DNA of 5,794 nucleotides from a virus (Duplodnaviria; Heunggongvirae; Uroviricota; Caudoviricetes): IMG/VR virus record IMGVR_UViG_2703719368_000014; one strand, 5' to 3'. Shown piece by piece: positions 5,321 to 5,794 of this stretch (position 1 is its first letter; each line of letters starts with the position of its first letter). The notes under the pieces were generated by a model. It saw only the letters and a program-made list of their open reading frames with translations, ran no database searches and was not told where the DNA came from. The position numbers and the translations under genes were made by a program.

Positions 5321-5617
5321 ATGGAACAAACAAGTTACAGCAAACTATCACAGCGAGAAATTGATCGCGCTGAAACTGATTTACTCATCAACTTGTCAAC
5401 GCTTACCCAGCGCGGTCTGGCAAAGATGATTGGCTGTCATGAATCGAAGATAAGCAGAACGGACTGGAGATTTATTGCTTCGGTCTTGTGTGCTTTCGGA
5501 ATGGCATCAGACATCAGTCCGATTAGTAGGGCTTTTAAGTATGCGCTTGATGGAATCACAAAGAAAAAATCCCCGGTGGCCGCCGGGGACTCTAAGCAAA
5601 TTGATATGCAATTCTGA
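5321..5617 (+). CDS. cII: CII transcriptional activator, 98 aa
   Basis: Synteny (cro-nutR-cII-O). C-terminal tail ...KKKSPVAAGDSKQIDMQF parallels the lambda CII tail (...KKRPAATERSEQIQMEF from memory). Contains an HTH-like core (RGLAKMIGCHESKISR). Confidence 0.85.
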   Translation: MEQTSYSKLSQREIDRAETDLLINLSTLTQRGLAKMIGCHESKISRTDWRFIASVLCAFGMASDISPISRAFKYALDGITKKKSPVAAGDSKQIDMQF

Positions 5618-5640
5618 GGGAATTACTGGATCAATCCACA
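5563..5640 (-). ncRNA. oop: oop-like antisense RNA (about 78 nt) with its promoter pO and terminator, antisense to the cII 3' end
   Basis: Minus-strand terminator: TCCCCGG-loop-CCGGGGA hairpin (plus 5570..5589) followed by TTTTTTCTT (plus 5561..5569). Candidate pO on the minus strand: -35 TTGAGT (5675..5670), 17-bp spacer, -10 CATAAT (5652..5647). Geometry matches lambda oop. Confidence 0.5.
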
Positions 5641-5649
5641 GGAGTCATT

Positions 5650-5794
5650 ATGACAAATACAGCAAAAATACTCAACTTCGGCAGAGGTAACTTTGCCGAA
5701 CAGGAGCGTAATGTGGCAGATCTCGATGATGGTTACGCCAGACTATCAAATATGCTGATTGAGGCTTATTCAGGCGCAGATCTGACCAAGCGAC
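5650..5794 (+). CDS. O: Replication initiator protein O, N-terminal 48 codons (continues beyond the window end)
   Basis: AGGAG lies 5 nt upstream of ATG 5650. Translation MTNTAKILNFGRGNFAEQERNVADLDDGYARLSNMLIEAYSGADLTKR is near-identical to the lambda O N-terminus from memory. Confidence 0.9.
   Translation, partial: MTNTAKILNFGRGNFAEQERNVADLDDGYARLSNMLIEAYSGADLTKR

Noticed and set aside
4965-5690. Alternative-frame plus ORFs 4965..5156 (inside cro) and 5475..5690 (inside cII/O)
   Set aside because: Out-of-frame overlaps of cro and cII, whose frames are supported by RBSs and CII/O similarity.
1-5794. CRISPR arrays, tRNA/rRNA genes, IS elements or an integrase
   Set aside because: No direct-repeat/spacer periodicity, no cloverleaf-like conserved tRNA stretches, and no transposase or integrase-like ORF were seen; the window is an internal prophage regulatory region.

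Overview
This window reads as the immunity/early-regulatory region of a mosaic lambdoid prophage (enterobacterial). Leftward genes on the minus strand are gam (3' end beyond the window), kil, cIII, a 156-aa unknown ORF, an N-like antiterminator, and the cI repressor operon. Rightward genes on the plus strand are cro, cII and the start of O. Map order: gam-kil-cIII-orf156-N-nutL-oL/pL-terminator-[orf54-kinase-orf153]-orf113-cI-oR-cro-nutR-cII-(oop antisense)-O. The most notable content is a cassette sitting where lambda carries rexB-rexA, between cI and pL. It encodes a Hanks-type (eukaryotic-like) Ser/Thr/Tyr protein kinase, translationally coupled to an upstream 153-aa unknown protein and followed by an unannotated 54-aa basic ORF that ends at an intrinsic terminator. 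I interpret this as a prophage-encoded phage-exclusion (abortive-infection-like) module; a kinase of this kind (Stk of Stx phage 933W) is a known precedent, so the kinase itself may not be new, but the partner ORFs are uncharacterised as far as I can tell. Other points: cIII carries an in-frame premature stop relative to my memory of lambda cIII, five operator-like 15-bp sites share a common half-site, and the nut boxB loops are P22-type. All comparisons to lambda, P22 and 933W are from memory; no searches or computations were run.
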